Positions 43,701 to 53,439 of a stretch of 64,000 bases of DNA are shown here, one piece after another. The DNA comes from Alkalispirochaeta sp. (lineage in GTDB: Bacteria; Spirochaetota; Spirochaetia; DSM-27196; Alkalispirochaetaceae), in the NCBI GenBank assembly GCA_965601925.1, contig OZ271854.1, positions 288,001 through 352,000 of the forward strand. The letters are read 5' to 3'. The position numbers and the translations under genes are program-made. Every line of letters starts with the position of its first letter. Positions within the stretch are counted from its first letter, which is position 1. The notes below the pieces were generated by a model. It saw only the letters and a program-made list of their open reading frames with translations. It was not told the DNA's origin and searched no databases.

Positions 43701-44053
43701 GTGCCTTGAAAGGTTCCCACGGTAATCCCGTCCAGCCACACCTCGGCCTTATACGTAATGCCGTCCAACAACAGCTCGTATCGCCGGCCGGTGGAATCCG
43801 AAGGAATCTCGAGGGTGCGGCGGTACCACCACTCCTTCTCCTCGACCCAGAGGATCTTCTCGTTGTTCTTCTCCCAGTACGGGTCCTCGATGCGCCCCGC
43901 CTCCAAAAGGTGATTCTGTACGATCCCCGGCACCTGGGCGGGAATCGCGTCGGCGGGGCGATATTCCGGGCGGTAGGCGCCGGCGGCGAGACCCTCGTCG
44001 AGGGAGAGTCCCTCCAACGACCATTCGCCGTTGAGGCTGATGATCTTTTGCAT
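40790..44053 (-). CDS. GH2 glycoside hydrolase (beta-mannosidase/exo-beta-glucosaminidase-like)
   Basis: LWWPNGMGEHPLY, FIRGSNWVP, NMLRVWGGG, LRNHPAVAMWSGGNE, DNYFALLPGE; extra C-terminal jelly-roll domain. Confidence 0.88.
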   Translation of the reverse strand: MQKIISLNGEWSLEGLSLDEGLAAGAYRPEYRPADAIPAQVPGIVQNHLLEAGRIEDPYWEKNNEKILWVEEKEWWYRRTLEIPSDSTGRRYELLLDGITYKAEVWLDGITVGTFQGTFKRRVIDITSYVEPGGSYTLTVRTRALERSHEDRPGGTVKWGMVRSSGVVAPFTYWWNWSPHMVPIGLWRGVSLKISGGITLADPQVRTAIEWNECEEAASARVAVAVAMASTLTRDVDVQLRGRIRGVDRTETEIEVRAHHTAVAGETRTVELTATIERPKLWWPNGMGEHPLYAVDLELLDDDGECSDRATTEFGVREITFEKNPDDLYVIETSRQSNRLWSYAGNPYPWIFVVNRKRLFIRGSNWVPMDNLFRFLPERYTNYLDHVEAANLNMLRVWGGGIQETETFYRLCNRKGILCWTEFWFACANYPVMPHDLFLENAVDMVKVLRNHPAVAMWSGGNEYNPDSPENKDLVDKLAGAVAEYDPDRSFRRGSPYKGDRHGGLLMFPTRTSNKYSGDILHGDQRKTLFRAEVATGRSTPVLESVKRFIGEDKLWPVLGNRDIKDVWEYHHAVIAEQERDAREYGATGDLEHWIYAGQIVHGLVHRHNIEYSRLTKWQSSGCMQWQVQASWPTMHREMIDWYGVPKPVFYFYKRASRDLLVALDLEKYIYDGNEPFEVDVFAVSDRHRYIGRVEVAVRIYSLSMELLHEKVASAVLGENESINVTTTDWRVPADYLGSVFFVSLEMARDGEVLARNLYWVGTSHYTRKERCLNLNGPWRWQVGREVDEVEWNTANLPSYWALPKRAPDEGERVFYRRRITIPAEWEGTEIELFCQGFEGDDVVFFNGTQIGATDERVPDTAKAGAARDSAAALIASEGEEESGAAAMGLLKSGNDYSVRPNADPIVVPNLMKRFYAVPAGIIEWGGKNTIEVQLKGAHATGISEPIFIREASTPSEQTAVIELDNRGAYLAAVRDLPEVDLDVEVFHRPPSAEREGVILFRIENRTETISFLTDLRVDGGDEDIRPLFDDNYFALLPGEERDVHVVLRNSTGFVGTKRFTCRVTGWNTAERRVGDEIPCTFGGTDE

Positions 44054-44061
44054 GAATACTC

Positions 44062-47055
44062 CTATCGTTGCGCTGGATTGATGATGATGTCGTGCCGACC
44101 GGTACGATCGTTGTACCTCAAAGGCCGTGGTTCGCCGTCGACGGTCACGGTTCGCTCCCCGAGACCCGCCAACGAAATCTGCATACGCGCCGAGCCTTCG
44201 TTCACCAACTCGACGGTTCGTGCGTCCATAGCGAAGTGAAATAGTGTTCCCGGCTGCCGGAGACCGGCGAGCCCGGGGCCGAAGGTCACGTCCAGGCCGT
44301 ACCCCCGGAGATAGCTCGCCCCGACGGCGGCGATATCGCGCACCTCGCCGTCCTGCAAACGTACGACGAGCACCGTCGCATCGGTCTCCCAGCCGTCGAA
44401 CACGCGATCGGCCGGGGGGCCGTAAAACGACGCAACGACCTCACTCTCCATACCGCGCACCAGCCGCAGGGCGACCCCGGTCTCGTCGGCGAGCAGGGTG
44501 CTCGTTCGATAGCCCTCCGCCGACTCGGCGGGGACGTAGAGAATGGGATACGCGGCGCGCTCGGCAGTCTTTCTCAGGGCTATCGCGTCCAGGGGGCTTG
44601 CGGCGATCTCATCGCCCGTTTCCGCCGCGACCGGTACGCGCGCGGCGATGAACTCCGTCGGATTACCGTCGGCGACGTAGTGCATCGCGGCGTATCGGCC
44701 GTCGGACAACTCGTAGCCGAACGCCGCATCGCCGGCGATCGCTCCACCCCGCGGATCGTTCCAGTACTCGAATCCGCCGGTCTGCGGAAGCGCTATCGGC
44801 GACAGCGCGATGTCGGTCATCAAGCGGCCGTCGCCCCGGTAGACCCACAGGAGGTCACCGGGCTCCGACGACTCGCTCGTGGTAACATCCAACAGGTACC
44901 ACGTCCCCATGATCAACGTCCGCGACATCTCCGTGTCGGCGTACGCCTCGTCCTCCACCATGCGGACCGCCTGATAGCGCGGTCCGGCGGTGAAGATCGT
45001 CGTCTCCGACGCGTCGACATAGCGCTGAAACTCGTAGTTCCTCACCAGTGTGTTGTGCGCCGAGGTGGACTTGAAGTAGGCGTCCTGCGCGGGGTTGCGA
45101 TACTTAATGGACCCGGAGTCGGGGGCGAGGATCGTGTTACCTGCGTGGAGCGTGATCGACAGCTTGTCGTAGTGGCTGTGCCCGCCGGAGTACGGCCGAC
45201 CGTTCATCGTGGCAAAGAGGTCGCCGGAACGCAGGACGGCGAGAGAACCTCCAAGGAGCACGCTGCCGATACCGGTCTCCCCCGGATTCGGTAGATCCTC
45301 CTCTCCATACAGGAGCGCTTGCCACGTCGAGCGGTCGCTGCCGCGAAGCGCCTCTACCAACGACGGGTCGCCCAGTCTGTGGTACGCGATCTCAAGAAAT
45401 CGGGAGCGTTCGTCTAAGGTGATGTCCACCCGTCGGCCGTCGTTGATGACCGGAAGTTGCCCCGCCGCGTTGGCGTAGAGTCCGGGAAAGCGAAAGTAAC
45501 GCTGCAACGCCTCGTTACGGTACAGATCGATACCGCTGAATGCCGCGGCCTCGGCCAGGCTTACCAGGGGGTCCATCGTGTAAAACTGGTAGTGACCCGA
45601 ACCCTCGTACCACATACCGTCGTCGGTGATACTGGCGCGCATCTGAAAAAGGAAGCCGTTGTCCGGCCCGTAGAGAGCGTACTTCACGTAGTCTTCGTCG
45701 CGGAGCAAAAAACCGATGACGCCTACCCCGGCGTTGTACCACGCCTGGTGGTTATGTTTGCCCTCGTTGTTCACCATGATGAGGTCCGCGGCGGGACGAA
45801 AGAGGTGCGCCTCCACCATTGCCCGTTCACGCCGAGAGAAGAGATCGTAGGCGGTATCGTATGCGTGAGCCAAAGGAATGATCCATTTCGCCTCGTTAAT
45901 CGACTGGGCGGTCGCCCTTCCGCCCGTGGTAGCCTCGGCGCCGGTATTGCCGAACTTATCGTGGAGTTCGTACTCCGGGTACACAGCGGCGTATTGCAAC
46001 ACGATATCCTTGGCCGCCTCGCCGAACGACTCGTCCCCGGTCATCCGATATACGATGCCGTTGTACGCCGCGCCGCGGGAAAGGCGATAGTGTTCCGCGG
46101 TGATCGCGTATGCGGCGGGATCGCTCTCGTCGTGGTAGAAGCCGCCGCCGGTAGCAGGCACCGTGGGGCGTTCGTCCCGTACCGCAACGGCGGCCCGTCT
46201 GAGCGAAGCAAAGGCGCGTTCCGCCCATGGGAGGCGTTGCGCCTTCTCCAGCGCCGTTCGATACAAGTCGTCGTTCCCGAAAAGGAAGGGGTGCGGGGCG
46301 TCGGGAAACTCGATCGCGAGGTCCGCAAGCGGATCGGGCGCAATCGAGTCGCTCGTGATGTTCAGATCGTCAAGATGGAGCACCGTATCGATTAGGGCGG
46401 TATGCCCCCATCCGGTCGCGGCGATCTTGATGTAGTCGATCCGGTGCCACCCTACGGGGCTCCGAGTCGGCGTAAAGGTGTCGAAGGGAATCTCGATGAG
46501 CTTCCACCCCTCCCAATCCACCACGATCTCCTTGTTATAGTAGTCGTCCTGGGGAGAGTCCACGTCTTCGGAGTAGAGTACCAGCTCGATGGCGGCGTAG
46601 TTCGCAACCTCGGAGTACGCCCAAAACGAGAGAAACTCGTAATCGGACCAGTCGTGCGGAATCGCATCGGTGACGATGCGCGAGCTCTCCGGTGTAGAGA
46701 ACCATCGCAGTGATTGTGCGCCCGCGTGGACGCGCTCGTCGGAGAACTCGTGACCGGTCGCGTAGCGGTACCAATGGCCGTCGTACGGTATATGTACCGC
46801 GCCCAAGTTGTAATATCCCTCGGGGCCCGCCTCCCCCGGATCGAGTATGATGCGTTCGATATTGTCGTACCCGATCCACATCGCCTCGGCATCTTCGAAT
46901 CCGCTCAACGGTTGGATTCGCACTCCATTGTGCTCGTACGGAGCATTGCCCGCCTGTGATGCAACCGATCCGTCGGTCTCCGACGGACCACCGACACACC
47001 CCGAGAGGTAGAATGCTCCCATGAGCGCGATCATCGCTGAAAGAGTTCTCTTCAT
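44062..47055 (-). CDS. Lipoprotein polysaccharide lyase: CBM-like + alginate-lyase-type + heparinase II/III domains (PL17-like)
   Basis: MKRTLSAMIALMGAFYLSG|C lipobox; DWSDY.FLSFW...VDWEGWK (CBM-like); QSINEA.W, HNHQAWYN, DGMWYEGS.HYQFY, GHSHYDKL, SAHNTL. Confidence 0.82.
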   Translation of the reverse strand: MKRTLSAMIALMGAFYLSGCVGGPSETDGSVASQAGNAPYEHNGVRIQPLSGFEDAEAMWIGYDNIERIILDPGEAGPEGYYNLGAVHIPYDGHWYRYATGHEFSDERVHAGAQSLRWFSTPESSRIVTDAIPHDWSDYEFLSFWAYSEVANYAAIELVLYSEDVDSPQDDYYNKEIVVDWEGWKLIEIPFDTFTPTRSPVGWHRIDYIKIAATGWGHTALIDTVLHLDDLNITSDSIAPDPLADLAIEFPDAPHPFLFGNDDLYRTALEKAQRLPWAERAFASLRRAAVAVRDERPTVPATGGGFYHDESDPAAYAITAEHYRLSRGAAYNGIVYRMTGDESFGEAAKDIVLQYAAVYPEYELHDKFGNTGAEATTGGRATAQSINEAKWIIPLAHAYDTAYDLFSRRERAMVEAHLFRPAADLIMVNNEGKHNHQAWYNAGVGVIGFLLRDEDYVKYALYGPDNGFLFQMRASITDDGMWYEGSGHYQFYTMDPLVSLAEAAAFSGIDLYRNEALQRYFRFPGLYANAAGQLPVINDGRRVDITLDERSRFLEIAYHRLGDPSLVEALRGSDRSTWQALLYGEEDLPNPGETGIGSVLLGGSLAVLRSGDLFATMNGRPYSGGHSHYDKLSITLHAGNTILAPDSGSIKYRNPAQDAYFKSTSAHNTLVRNYEFQRYVDASETTIFTAGPRYQAVRMVEDEAYADTEMSRTLIMGTWYLLDVTTSESSEPGDLLWVYRGDGRLMTDIALSPIALPQTGGFEYWNDPRGGAIAGDAAFGYELSDGRYAAMHYVADGNPTEFIAARVPVAAETGDEIAASPLDAIALRKTAERAAYPILYVPAESAEGYRTSTLLADETGVALRLVRGMESEVVASFYGPPADRVFDGWETDATVLVVRLQDGEVRDIAAVGASYLRGYGLDVTFGPGLAGLRQPGTLFHFAMDARTVELVNEGSARMQISLAGLGERTVTVDGEPRPLRYNDRTGRHDIIINPAQR

Positions 47056-47193
47056 CGTTTGACCCTCTTTACCATTGATTCTGCGGAAGGGCTCGACCGC
47101 CGACGCGGGACGAAAAAGAGCGCGTACGAGCAAAAGCGGGCCGCGGCCGAAGCGCCCATCCGGCGCCGGTATAGCATCCTCGGCGCCGAACGG

Positions 47194-47266
47194 CCCGGGC
47201 ACCCTCGCGGAGCCGTGTACTCCCTTACACCTCTCGTAAGGGAGCGGCCCTCGGTGACACCCGGGT
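47194..47266 (-). other. Long nested stem-loop 3' of the SBP gene
   Basis: Nested pairings cccggg/cccggg, cacc/ggtg, gccg/cggc, ctcccttac/gtaagggag. Confidence 0.65.
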
Positions 47267-47278
47267 TTCTTATGTCAT

Positions 47279-48598
47279 TTATCGCGACGAGGCGAGGATC
47301 TCCTCGATCTGCTCCGAGGCGCGCCGGACCGCCTCTTCGGCGCTTACGAATCCCATGTGCGCCTGCTCAAGTTCGGCCCGGTGAACCGAGTTGATCCGCT
47401 CGAAAATCACATTGATCGGGTCGTACATGCTGAACTGGTTGTCGTTTCCGAAGAAGAACGCATCTTTGTTCAGGCTCAAACCGCCGGTCAGACTCTGATC
47501 GGGACTGATAAAGCGTTCGCTCTCCGCCATGGAGATAATCGCCGGGAGCATTTGCTGCCGATCAAGGAGCATATCGACACCTGCGGAACCGGGTCCCGCG
47601 AGAAACTGGATGAACCGAAACGCCTCATCGGGGTGTTCGGAGGCCGACGAGAGGGCGAAGGCCGATCCGTCGCCGCGGTTGTAGGGAATGCCGGAGCGCC
47701 CGAGGGGCAGGTCCGCCAAGTCCCACTCAAAATCCGAGATATTGCTGATGTAGCGCGGCATGTTCCAGGAGCCGATCATAATCATCGCCGCCCTGCCGGC
47801 CATGAAGTAGTCCCGAATCTGCTGCACCTCGGCGGGGTCGGGAGCGATGCCGTGGACGAGCCACATGTCGTAATACTCCTGCAGCGCTCTGGTACTCTCC
47901 GGTCGGGTCATCAGGTACTCGGTCGGCTCAAAGTAGTTGTCGAATACGCCCTGATCGGTCTGCGATTTGAGATACACCGGCCAGTAGTCGGGCCGTAGGT
48001 GAATCCCGTACTGGTCGACGATACCGTCACCGTCAAAATCCTCGACAAAGTTGCGGCTGGTCTCGATGAGGTCGTCCCACGTCCACCCCTCTTCGGGATA
48101 CGGCACGCCGTACTCGTCGAACATATCCTTGTTGTAGAAGATGACGAGGGCCGCGGCGTCGAGAGGAAGCCCGTAGATGCTCTCATCGATGGTGTAGAAA
48201 TCGAGTACGTTCTGATAGTACTCGCCTCGGTCGATACCGGCGGCGTCCATATAGTCGTTCAAGGGAGTGAGGGCGCCGCGAGTCGCAAAAGTCGAGACGT
48301 AGTGCGGCCCGAGGTAGGTCACGTCCGGCGTCTCGCCCCCGGCGACCAAGGTGTTGAGCTTGGTGTAATAGTCGACGCCGCGCCCGATATTCTCGAACTC
48401 GATTCTAATATCGGGGTTGGCCGCTTCGAACTCGGCGATGAGCGGCATGGCGACCTCCTCGACCCGCGAGTTGTCCCACCGCATAAACCAGCTGATGGTA
48501 ACGGGCCCATCGCTTTGCGCCTCTCCTTGACCGGCGGCAAACAGCACCGCAGGAACCAACAGTAACACTACGCCTATCCATAAAAACGATCGCTTCAT
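47279..48598 (-). CDS. Carbohydrate ABC transporter substrate-binding protein
   Basis: AAGGAGG SD; signal peptide then AAGQGE; FEAANPDI, YGLP, FYNKDMF, WTWDD, GRAAM. Confidence 0.93.
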   Translation of the reverse strand: MKRSFLWIGVVLLLVPAVLFAAGQGEAQSDGPVTISWFMRWDNSRVEEVAMPLIAEFEAANPDIRIEFENIGRGVDYYTKLNTLVAGGETPDVTYLGPHYVSTFATRGALTPLNDYMDAAGIDRGEYYQNVLDFYTIDESIYGLPLDAAALVIFYNKDMFDEYGVPYPEEGWTWDDLIETSRNFVEDFDGDGIVDQYGIHLRPDYWPVYLKSQTDQGVFDNYFEPTEYLMTRPESTRALQEYYDMWLVHGIAPDPAEVQQIRDYFMAGRAAMIMIGSWNMPRYISNISDFEWDLADLPLGRSGIPYNRGDGSAFALSSASEHPDEAFRFIQFLAGPGSAGVDMLLDRQQMLPAIISMAESERFISPDQSLTGGLSLNKDAFFFGNDNQFSMYDPINVIFERINSVHRAELEQAHMGFVSAEEAVRRASEQIEEILASSR

Positions 48599-48655
48599 GG
48601 ATTCCTCCTTAAAAGGGTGGTTTTTCTCGAGCCGGAACCCGGCCCGCAGACGGCA

Positions 48656-49504
48656 CTATTGTTTAAGGCCGGTGTGCACCACCGCGCCTTCCAGGAAATA
48701 CTTCTGACCGAGGAAAAAGATGATCAGGGGCGGCACCAGGGCCAGCATGCTGGCGGCCATCATCCAATGCCACTCGACATCCATACCGTTGTAAAAACCC
48801 AATATTCCGAGGGAGATCGTGTAGAGTCGCGAGCTCGATATGTAAATGAGGGGCGAGAAGAAGTCCCTCCAGACTTGGATAAAGGTAAAGACCCCTACGA
48901 TGCCGATCACCGACTTCGACAGCGGCAAAATGACTCGGTAGTAGATACCGAACCAGTTGCACCCGTCGATCTTCGCCGCGTCGTCCAACTGCAGCGGGAT
49001 GGTCATGTAGAACTGGCGGAAGAGGAATATTCCGAACGCCTCGCCGCCGAGAAAGGCCGGTACGATTAACGGCAAATGCGACTGTAGCCACCCGAACGTC
49101 CGAAAGAGGACGAACCGCGGAATAATGAGCACTTGCAGGGGGATCATGGTCGTCGAGATAACGAGTATGAACAGGGGCGCCTTGAACCGAAAGTTCATCC
49201 GTGCAAAGGCGAACGCCACGAGGCTGCAGCTGAACAGGGTTCCTACGATATTCAGGAACGTAATCTTTAACGTATTGAAGTAGTACAGCCCGAAGGGGAT
49301 CTGCGTCATGACGTGTGTGTAGTTCTCGAAGCGCGGGGGATTCGGAATCCACTTCTTGGGAATCTGGTATATCTCCTCCACGTTCAACAAGCTCGTGGAG
49401 ATCGTCCAGAGAAAGGGAATGAGGATCATTACGCTCCCGAGGACCAAGAGCAGATTGAGTACAACGCCTTGAATATGGCGCGTGGTTCGTCCGTTTAGTT
49501 CCAT
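48656..49504 (-). CDS. Carbohydrate ABC transporter permease (MalG-like)
   Basis: DAAKIDGC EAA loop; WRDFFSPLIY. Confidence 0.93.
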   Translation of the reverse strand: MELNGRTTRHIQGVVLNLLLVLGSVMILIPFLWTISTSLLNVEEIYQIPKKWIPNPPRFENYTHVMTQIPFGLYYFNTLKITFLNIVGTLFSCSLVAFAFARMNFRFKAPLFILVISTTMIPLQVLIIPRFVLFRTFGWLQSHLPLIVPAFLGGEAFGIFLFRQFYMTIPLQLDDAAKIDGCNWFGIYYRVILPLSKSVIGIVGVFTFIQVWRDFFSPLIYISSSRLYTISLGILGFYNGMDVEWHWMMAASMLALVPPLIIFFLGQKYFLEGAVVHTGLKQ

Positions 49505-49516
49505 GGGAGGCTCCTT

Positions 49517-50440
49517 TTACTTCTTCGCCTCGTAGTAGACCCACTTATTGGAACTACGAAAGACCGCAAGGGTGAACAGTAGGGTGACGATGAACAGTAC
49601 CCACGCCAGGGCGGAGGCGTATCCCATTTCGTAAAACCGGAAGGCGTTCTCGTAGAGATAGTAGACGTAGAAGAGCGAGGCGTTACGCGGCCCTCCTTGG
49701 GTCATGACGAAGGCTTGGGTAAACATCCTGAACGACTCAATGAGCATCATGACCAGCTGATAGAAGATCACCGGTGAGAGCATGGGGAGCTTGATTCTGA
49801 AAAAGGTCTGCCACCCGTTGGCGCCGTCGATCCCCGCCGACTCCAAGAGTTGCTTGGGAATGCTGTTAAGGCCCGCTAAGTAAACCAACATGTTCTTTCC
49901 CATGAGCGTCCAGACGGCCATCATGAGAAACGAGGGCAACACCAACCGCTCGTCCTGAAGCCACAGGAGTCCCGGCAAACCGAAAAACCGCAGTACGCCG
50001 TTGAGAACGCCGTCTTGGGGTGAGAAGATCCACGACCACATAAGCGATACGGCAACGGGAGGAAGTACCGCCGGCATGTAATACAGGACTCGCCATCCGC
50101 TTTTGAGCTTCACAAGCTTGGAGTTGAGTATCATCGCCAAGCCGAGGCCGAAGACGAGTCCGGTCGGAACGCGCATGAGGGCGTATGTGATCGTCACTTT
50201 CAGGGACTGCCAGAACAGCCGATCCCGCATCATCCTGGAAAAGTTCTGCATGCCCACCCACCGGGGCTCGGTCAACAGATCCCAGTCGGTCAAGGCGTAG
50301 TAGATCGAGGCGAACAACGGAAAGGCGATCAGTACCGCAAATCCGATAAGCCACGGAGAGAGAAAGCAGAACGCGTACAGGCTCTCCTGACGCCGCATGG
50401 GACTACGCTTACCGACTTGATGCTCAATATGGGAACTCAT
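49517..50440 (-). CDS. Carbohydrate ABC transporter permease (MalF-like)
   Basis: SPWLIGF, ESAGIDGA, TQGGP, MGYASALAW. Confidence 0.93.
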   Translation of the reverse strand: MSSHIEHQVGKRSPMRRQESLYAFCFLSPWLIGFAVLIAFPLFASIYYALTDWDLLTEPRWVGMQNFSRMMRDRLFWQSLKVTITYALMRVPTGLVFGLGLAMILNSKLVKLKSGWRVLYYMPAVLPPVAVSLMWSWIFSPQDGVLNGVLRFFGLPGLLWLQDERLVLPSFLMMAVWTLMGKNMLVYLAGLNSIPKQLLESAGIDGANGWQTFFRIKLPMLSPVIFYQLVMMLIESFRMFTQAFVMTQGGPRNASLFYVYYLYENAFRFYEMGYASALAWVLFIVTLLFTLAVFRSSNKWVYYEAKK

Positions 50441-50446
50441 GGGTCG

Positions 50447-51499
50447 TTACGCTCCTTTTTTTCGTTCCGACGACTCGCGCAGGATGAGCCACGCGTCGAC
50501 TACGGCAAGGCTCGGCTCGCTACGTCGGAAGAAGACTCCTTCCAACAGATGTACGATGGTGGAACACGCCTCGAACTGGTCGTAGGCGATGGTGGAGAGC
50601 GGAATACCGCTGTGTCGTCCGGCGATAGAGTTGTCGTAACCGAAGACCGCCAGTTCGTCGGGGACGACGACGCCCGTACCTTCCAAGGACTGAATGAAGG
50701 CGATGGCGAGGCTATCGTGGGGCAAAAACGCGGCGTCGGAGGCGCGGATCACATCCAAACTCTCCGAAGATATCCGGCGCGCCCTCAGATCCGCCTCGGG
50801 AATGACTAAACGCTCAACGGTACCGCCGACACTGTCGACGGCCCTTCGATACGACGCCTCGCGGACATCGTAGACTTCTTTGTTATAGTCGTTTACCACG
50901 TACAGAAAGCGCGTGAATCCGGCATCCGCCATGTGCTCGGCCATCGTACGGACGGCGTCGTCGCTGATTACCACGGCGCTGATGCCGTACTCGCGATAAT
51001 CGCGGTTAAAGGCGACGCACGGTATCCCGGCCGCCTTGATCTCGGCCAAATCCTCGGGCTCCGCCCCACCGACGAGTACCATGCCGTCCAGGTTCGGGAG
51101 GTAGGTACGAAAGTCCATGCCGTCGGCGCGACTGATCACATTCCATGTAAATCCGGCCTGGGTAAGACGGTGTTGAAGGTTGAAGGCGATCTTCGCCAAC
51201 ACCCGATCGGCGTCGGCAATCGTACGTATCGGTGAATCGAAGAGGACTCCGATGCGGAACTCACTACTCTCCTTGAGCCTGTCCAAGTCCACATCTTCCA
51301 CGACGTACGCCCCGTATCCCGGTTTGCGATCCAGCGTCGCCTCGGAGACGAGAATCGAAATGGCCTTGTTGATCGTTTGAACGCTCACGCCGAAATAGTT
51401 CGCCAGCTCCTTTTCACTGGGCATCTTTTTACCCGGGGCGTACGCGCCGGTGGCGATACGCTTATTCAAAGAGCTTGCTATCTGTCGGTATTTCTCCAT
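50447..51499 (-). CDS. GntR-type HTH + LacI-type sugar-binding domain regulator (AraR-like)
   Basis: KYRQIA..L...I, MPSEKELA..FGVS..TI.KA, GYGAYV; C-terminal VPDELAVFGYDN, LSTI. Start ATG 51499. Confidence 0.9.
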   Translation of the reverse strand: MEKYRQIASSLNKRIATGAYAPGKKMPSEKELANYFGVSVQTINKAISILVSEATLDRKPGYGAYVVEDVDLDRLKESSEFRIGVLFDSPIRTIADADRVLAKIAFNLQHRLTQAGFTWNVISRADGMDFRTYLPNLDGMVLVGGAEPEDLAEIKAAGIPCVAFNRDYREYGISAVVISDDAVRTMAEHMADAGFTRFLYVVNDYNKEVYDVREASYRRAVDSVGGTVERLVIPEADLRARRISSESLDVIRASDAAFLPHDSLAIAFIQSLEGTGVVVPDELAVFGYDNSIAGRHSGIPLSTIAYDQFEACSTIVHLLEGVFFRRSEPSLAVVDAWLILRESSERKKGA

Positions 51500-51515
51500 C
51501 GACCCATCCTTTGAC

Positions 51516-51549
51516 CCATACACCATTATCATTGTTTTTTAGTGTATGG
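51516..51549. promoter_or_regulatory. Candidate operator CCATACAC-N18-GTGTATGG
   Basis: Perfect 8-bp inverted repeat between the divergent regulators; related motif at 53449-53481. Confidence 0.6.
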
Positions 51550-51619
51550 TATGTGGTACTTTTGCATCTGTCAACGTTTTTCTTGCCCCCGCTTCCGCAC
51601 CTACTCTATGATGTGATGC

Positions 51620-52669
51620 GTGGAGATGCCGAAGTACCGACACATCATGGAGGAGATCAAGACACGCGTGGAGGACGGACTCTATCCGGCCGGCACGGCC
51701 CTTCCCTCGGAGCGCACCTTGGCAAAGGAGTTCTCCACCAACCACGAGACGGCAAACAAGGCGATTTCAAACCTGGTGGCCGAAGGCCTCCTCTTCCGAA
51801 AGCGCGGCATCGGTACATTCGTCACCGAAGAGGTCACCGAGGACCCCGCAAGCAGCCTTACCATCGATATCCTGCTCTACGGAAAGGCGTCGGATCTCTT
51901 TCACGCCGCCAGCTTTCACGAGGAAATCGTATTCGCACTCCAACAATCGATCGTGGAGCGCGGTTACGGGTGTCGCATCACGCCGGTGGCGGATGTGGAG
52001 GACTTCGAGTCGTACGTTCGCCAAGCCCAGGCGTTTATTGCGAGCAAGTATCTCCCCTACGCCCACATCCGGGCGATCCGGGACGCGGGGGTACCGCTGG
52101 TGACGCTCAACATCGATGTGGCGCTACCGGGGGTGAGCGCGGTACTGACGGAAAACCAGGCGATCGACCTATTGTGTCGCCACCTGACCGACCGCGGACA
52201 CACACGGATAGCCTTCCTGCGGCGTCCGGGGCACGTGGCGACGCACGACCTCCGCGAGTATCGGTTTAAAAACTTCATGCATATGATGGAGCTTCGGGAA
52301 AATCTCGACCGCGTATGCTACCTCGACCCCGACGAAGATACGCAGTCCGGCCGACTGGTGACGGAGCTGAAGAGTTGCACGGCGGTGGTTGCCGCCGACG
52401 ACTTTATCGCCATAAAGCTGCGCCATCTCCTGCGAAAATACCGAATGGCCGTGCCCGAAGACCTCTCGATTACCGGTTTCGGCAATCTCAGTCTGGCAAA
52501 AACGCTCTTTCCCGAGCTCACCACCGCCGATGTTGACCGAGAAACGCTCTGTACCGCCCTGGTTGACGAGGCATTTCGCCTTATGGACGGCACTTCGACC
52601 GGTACGACGATCTCGTTTTCGAGCTTTCCCGTCATTCGCCGGTCGACCACCGACACCGCCGACCGCTAA
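51620..52669 (+). CDS. GntR-type HTH + LacI-type sugar-binding domain regulator (AraR-like)
   Basis: PKYRHI, LPSERTLA, RGIGTFV; GHTRIAF, VPEDLSITGFGN, LTT, VIRRST. Confidence 0.9.
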   Translation: MEMPKYRHIMEEIKTRVEDGLYPAGTALPSERTLAKEFSTNHETANKAISNLVAEGLLFRKRGIGTFVTEEVTEDPASSLTIDILLYGKASDLFHAASFHEEIVFALQQSIVERGYGCRITPVADVEDFESYVRQAQAFIASKYLPYAHIRAIRDAGVPLVTLNIDVALPGVSAVLTENQAIDLLCRHLTDRGHTRIAFLRRPGHVATHDLREYRFKNFMHMMELRENLDRVCYLDPDEDTQSGRLVTELKSCTAVVAADDFIAIKLRHLLRKYRMAVPEDLSITGFGNLSLAKTLFPELTTADVDRETLCTALVDEAFRLMDGTSTGTTISFSSFPVIRRSTTDTADR

Positions 52670-53427
52670 GCGCGGTACACACCACCGTTGATATCCAGGG
52701 TTGCACCGGTTATAAATCCGTCGTACTCCGCGGCAAGAAAGGCTGCGGCGCGCGCGACATCCTCGGGAGTTCCCGCCCGTCCAAGGGGAATACCTCGTAC
52801 GGTCTTCTCCGCCGACGCCTTGGTCGTATGAGTATCGTGGAACCGCGTACCGAGAATAAGCCCTGGTGCAAGCGCGTTAACCCGTATGCCGTCTCCGCCG
52901 ACCTCGGCGGACAAAGCGCGTGTAAAGGTGAGGATGGCACCCTTTGAGGTCGCATAGACCAACGATCCTCCGTGTCCGCCCTTGCGCCCTGCAAGGGACG
53001 ATAGATTGACCACCGACGCTCCCCCGTCACTGCCGGCGATACGGAGCAGCGGCAGAAGGGCACGCGTGGTCATCATCGTCGAACGGAGATTCACGTCCAT
53101 TACGCGGTCGTAGAATCGGTCGTCGACCTCGTCCAGCGGGTGTCGCGCCACCAGATCACCGGCGTTGTTTATCAGAACATCGACCCGCCTCCAACGGTCG
53201 CGCAAGACGCCGGCCAACTCCGTCGATCCGTCTCCGCCCGATAAATCGCCGCGCCACAGCATGACGCGTTGGTCGTCGATCTCGGCGATGCGCCGCGCCG
53301 CCGCCTCCGATGAGTGGTAGTGGACACACACCTCGGCTCCGGCCGCCAGTAACGCTGTGCTGATCGCCGCACCGATGCCCGACGCACCGCCGGTCACGAC
53401 CGCACGCTTTCCCGTAAGAGAACCCAT
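52666..53427 (-). CDS. SDR oxidoreductase, DEH (4-deoxy-L-erythro-5-hexoseulose uronate) reductase-like
   Basis: TGGASGIG, INNAGDLVARHPL.EVDD.FYD.VMD.N.RS, AGRKGG..GS..YATSKGA, T.FH, FITG..LDINGG. Start ATG 53427 with AAGGAGG SD. Confidence 0.85.
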   Translation of the reverse strand: MGSLTGKRAVVTGGASGIGAAISTALLAAGAEVCVHYHSSEAAARRIAEIDDQRVMLWRGDLSGGDGSTELAGVLRDRWRRVDVLINNAGDLVARHPLDEVDDRFYDRVMDVNLRSTMMTTRALLPLLRIAGSDGGASVVNLSSLAGRKGGHGGSLVYATSKGAILTFTRALSAEVGGDGIRVNALAPGLILGTRFHDTHTTKASAEKTVRGIPLGRAGTPEDVARAAAFLAAEYDGFITGATLDINGGVYRA

Positions 53428-53439
53428 CGCAAAACCTCC

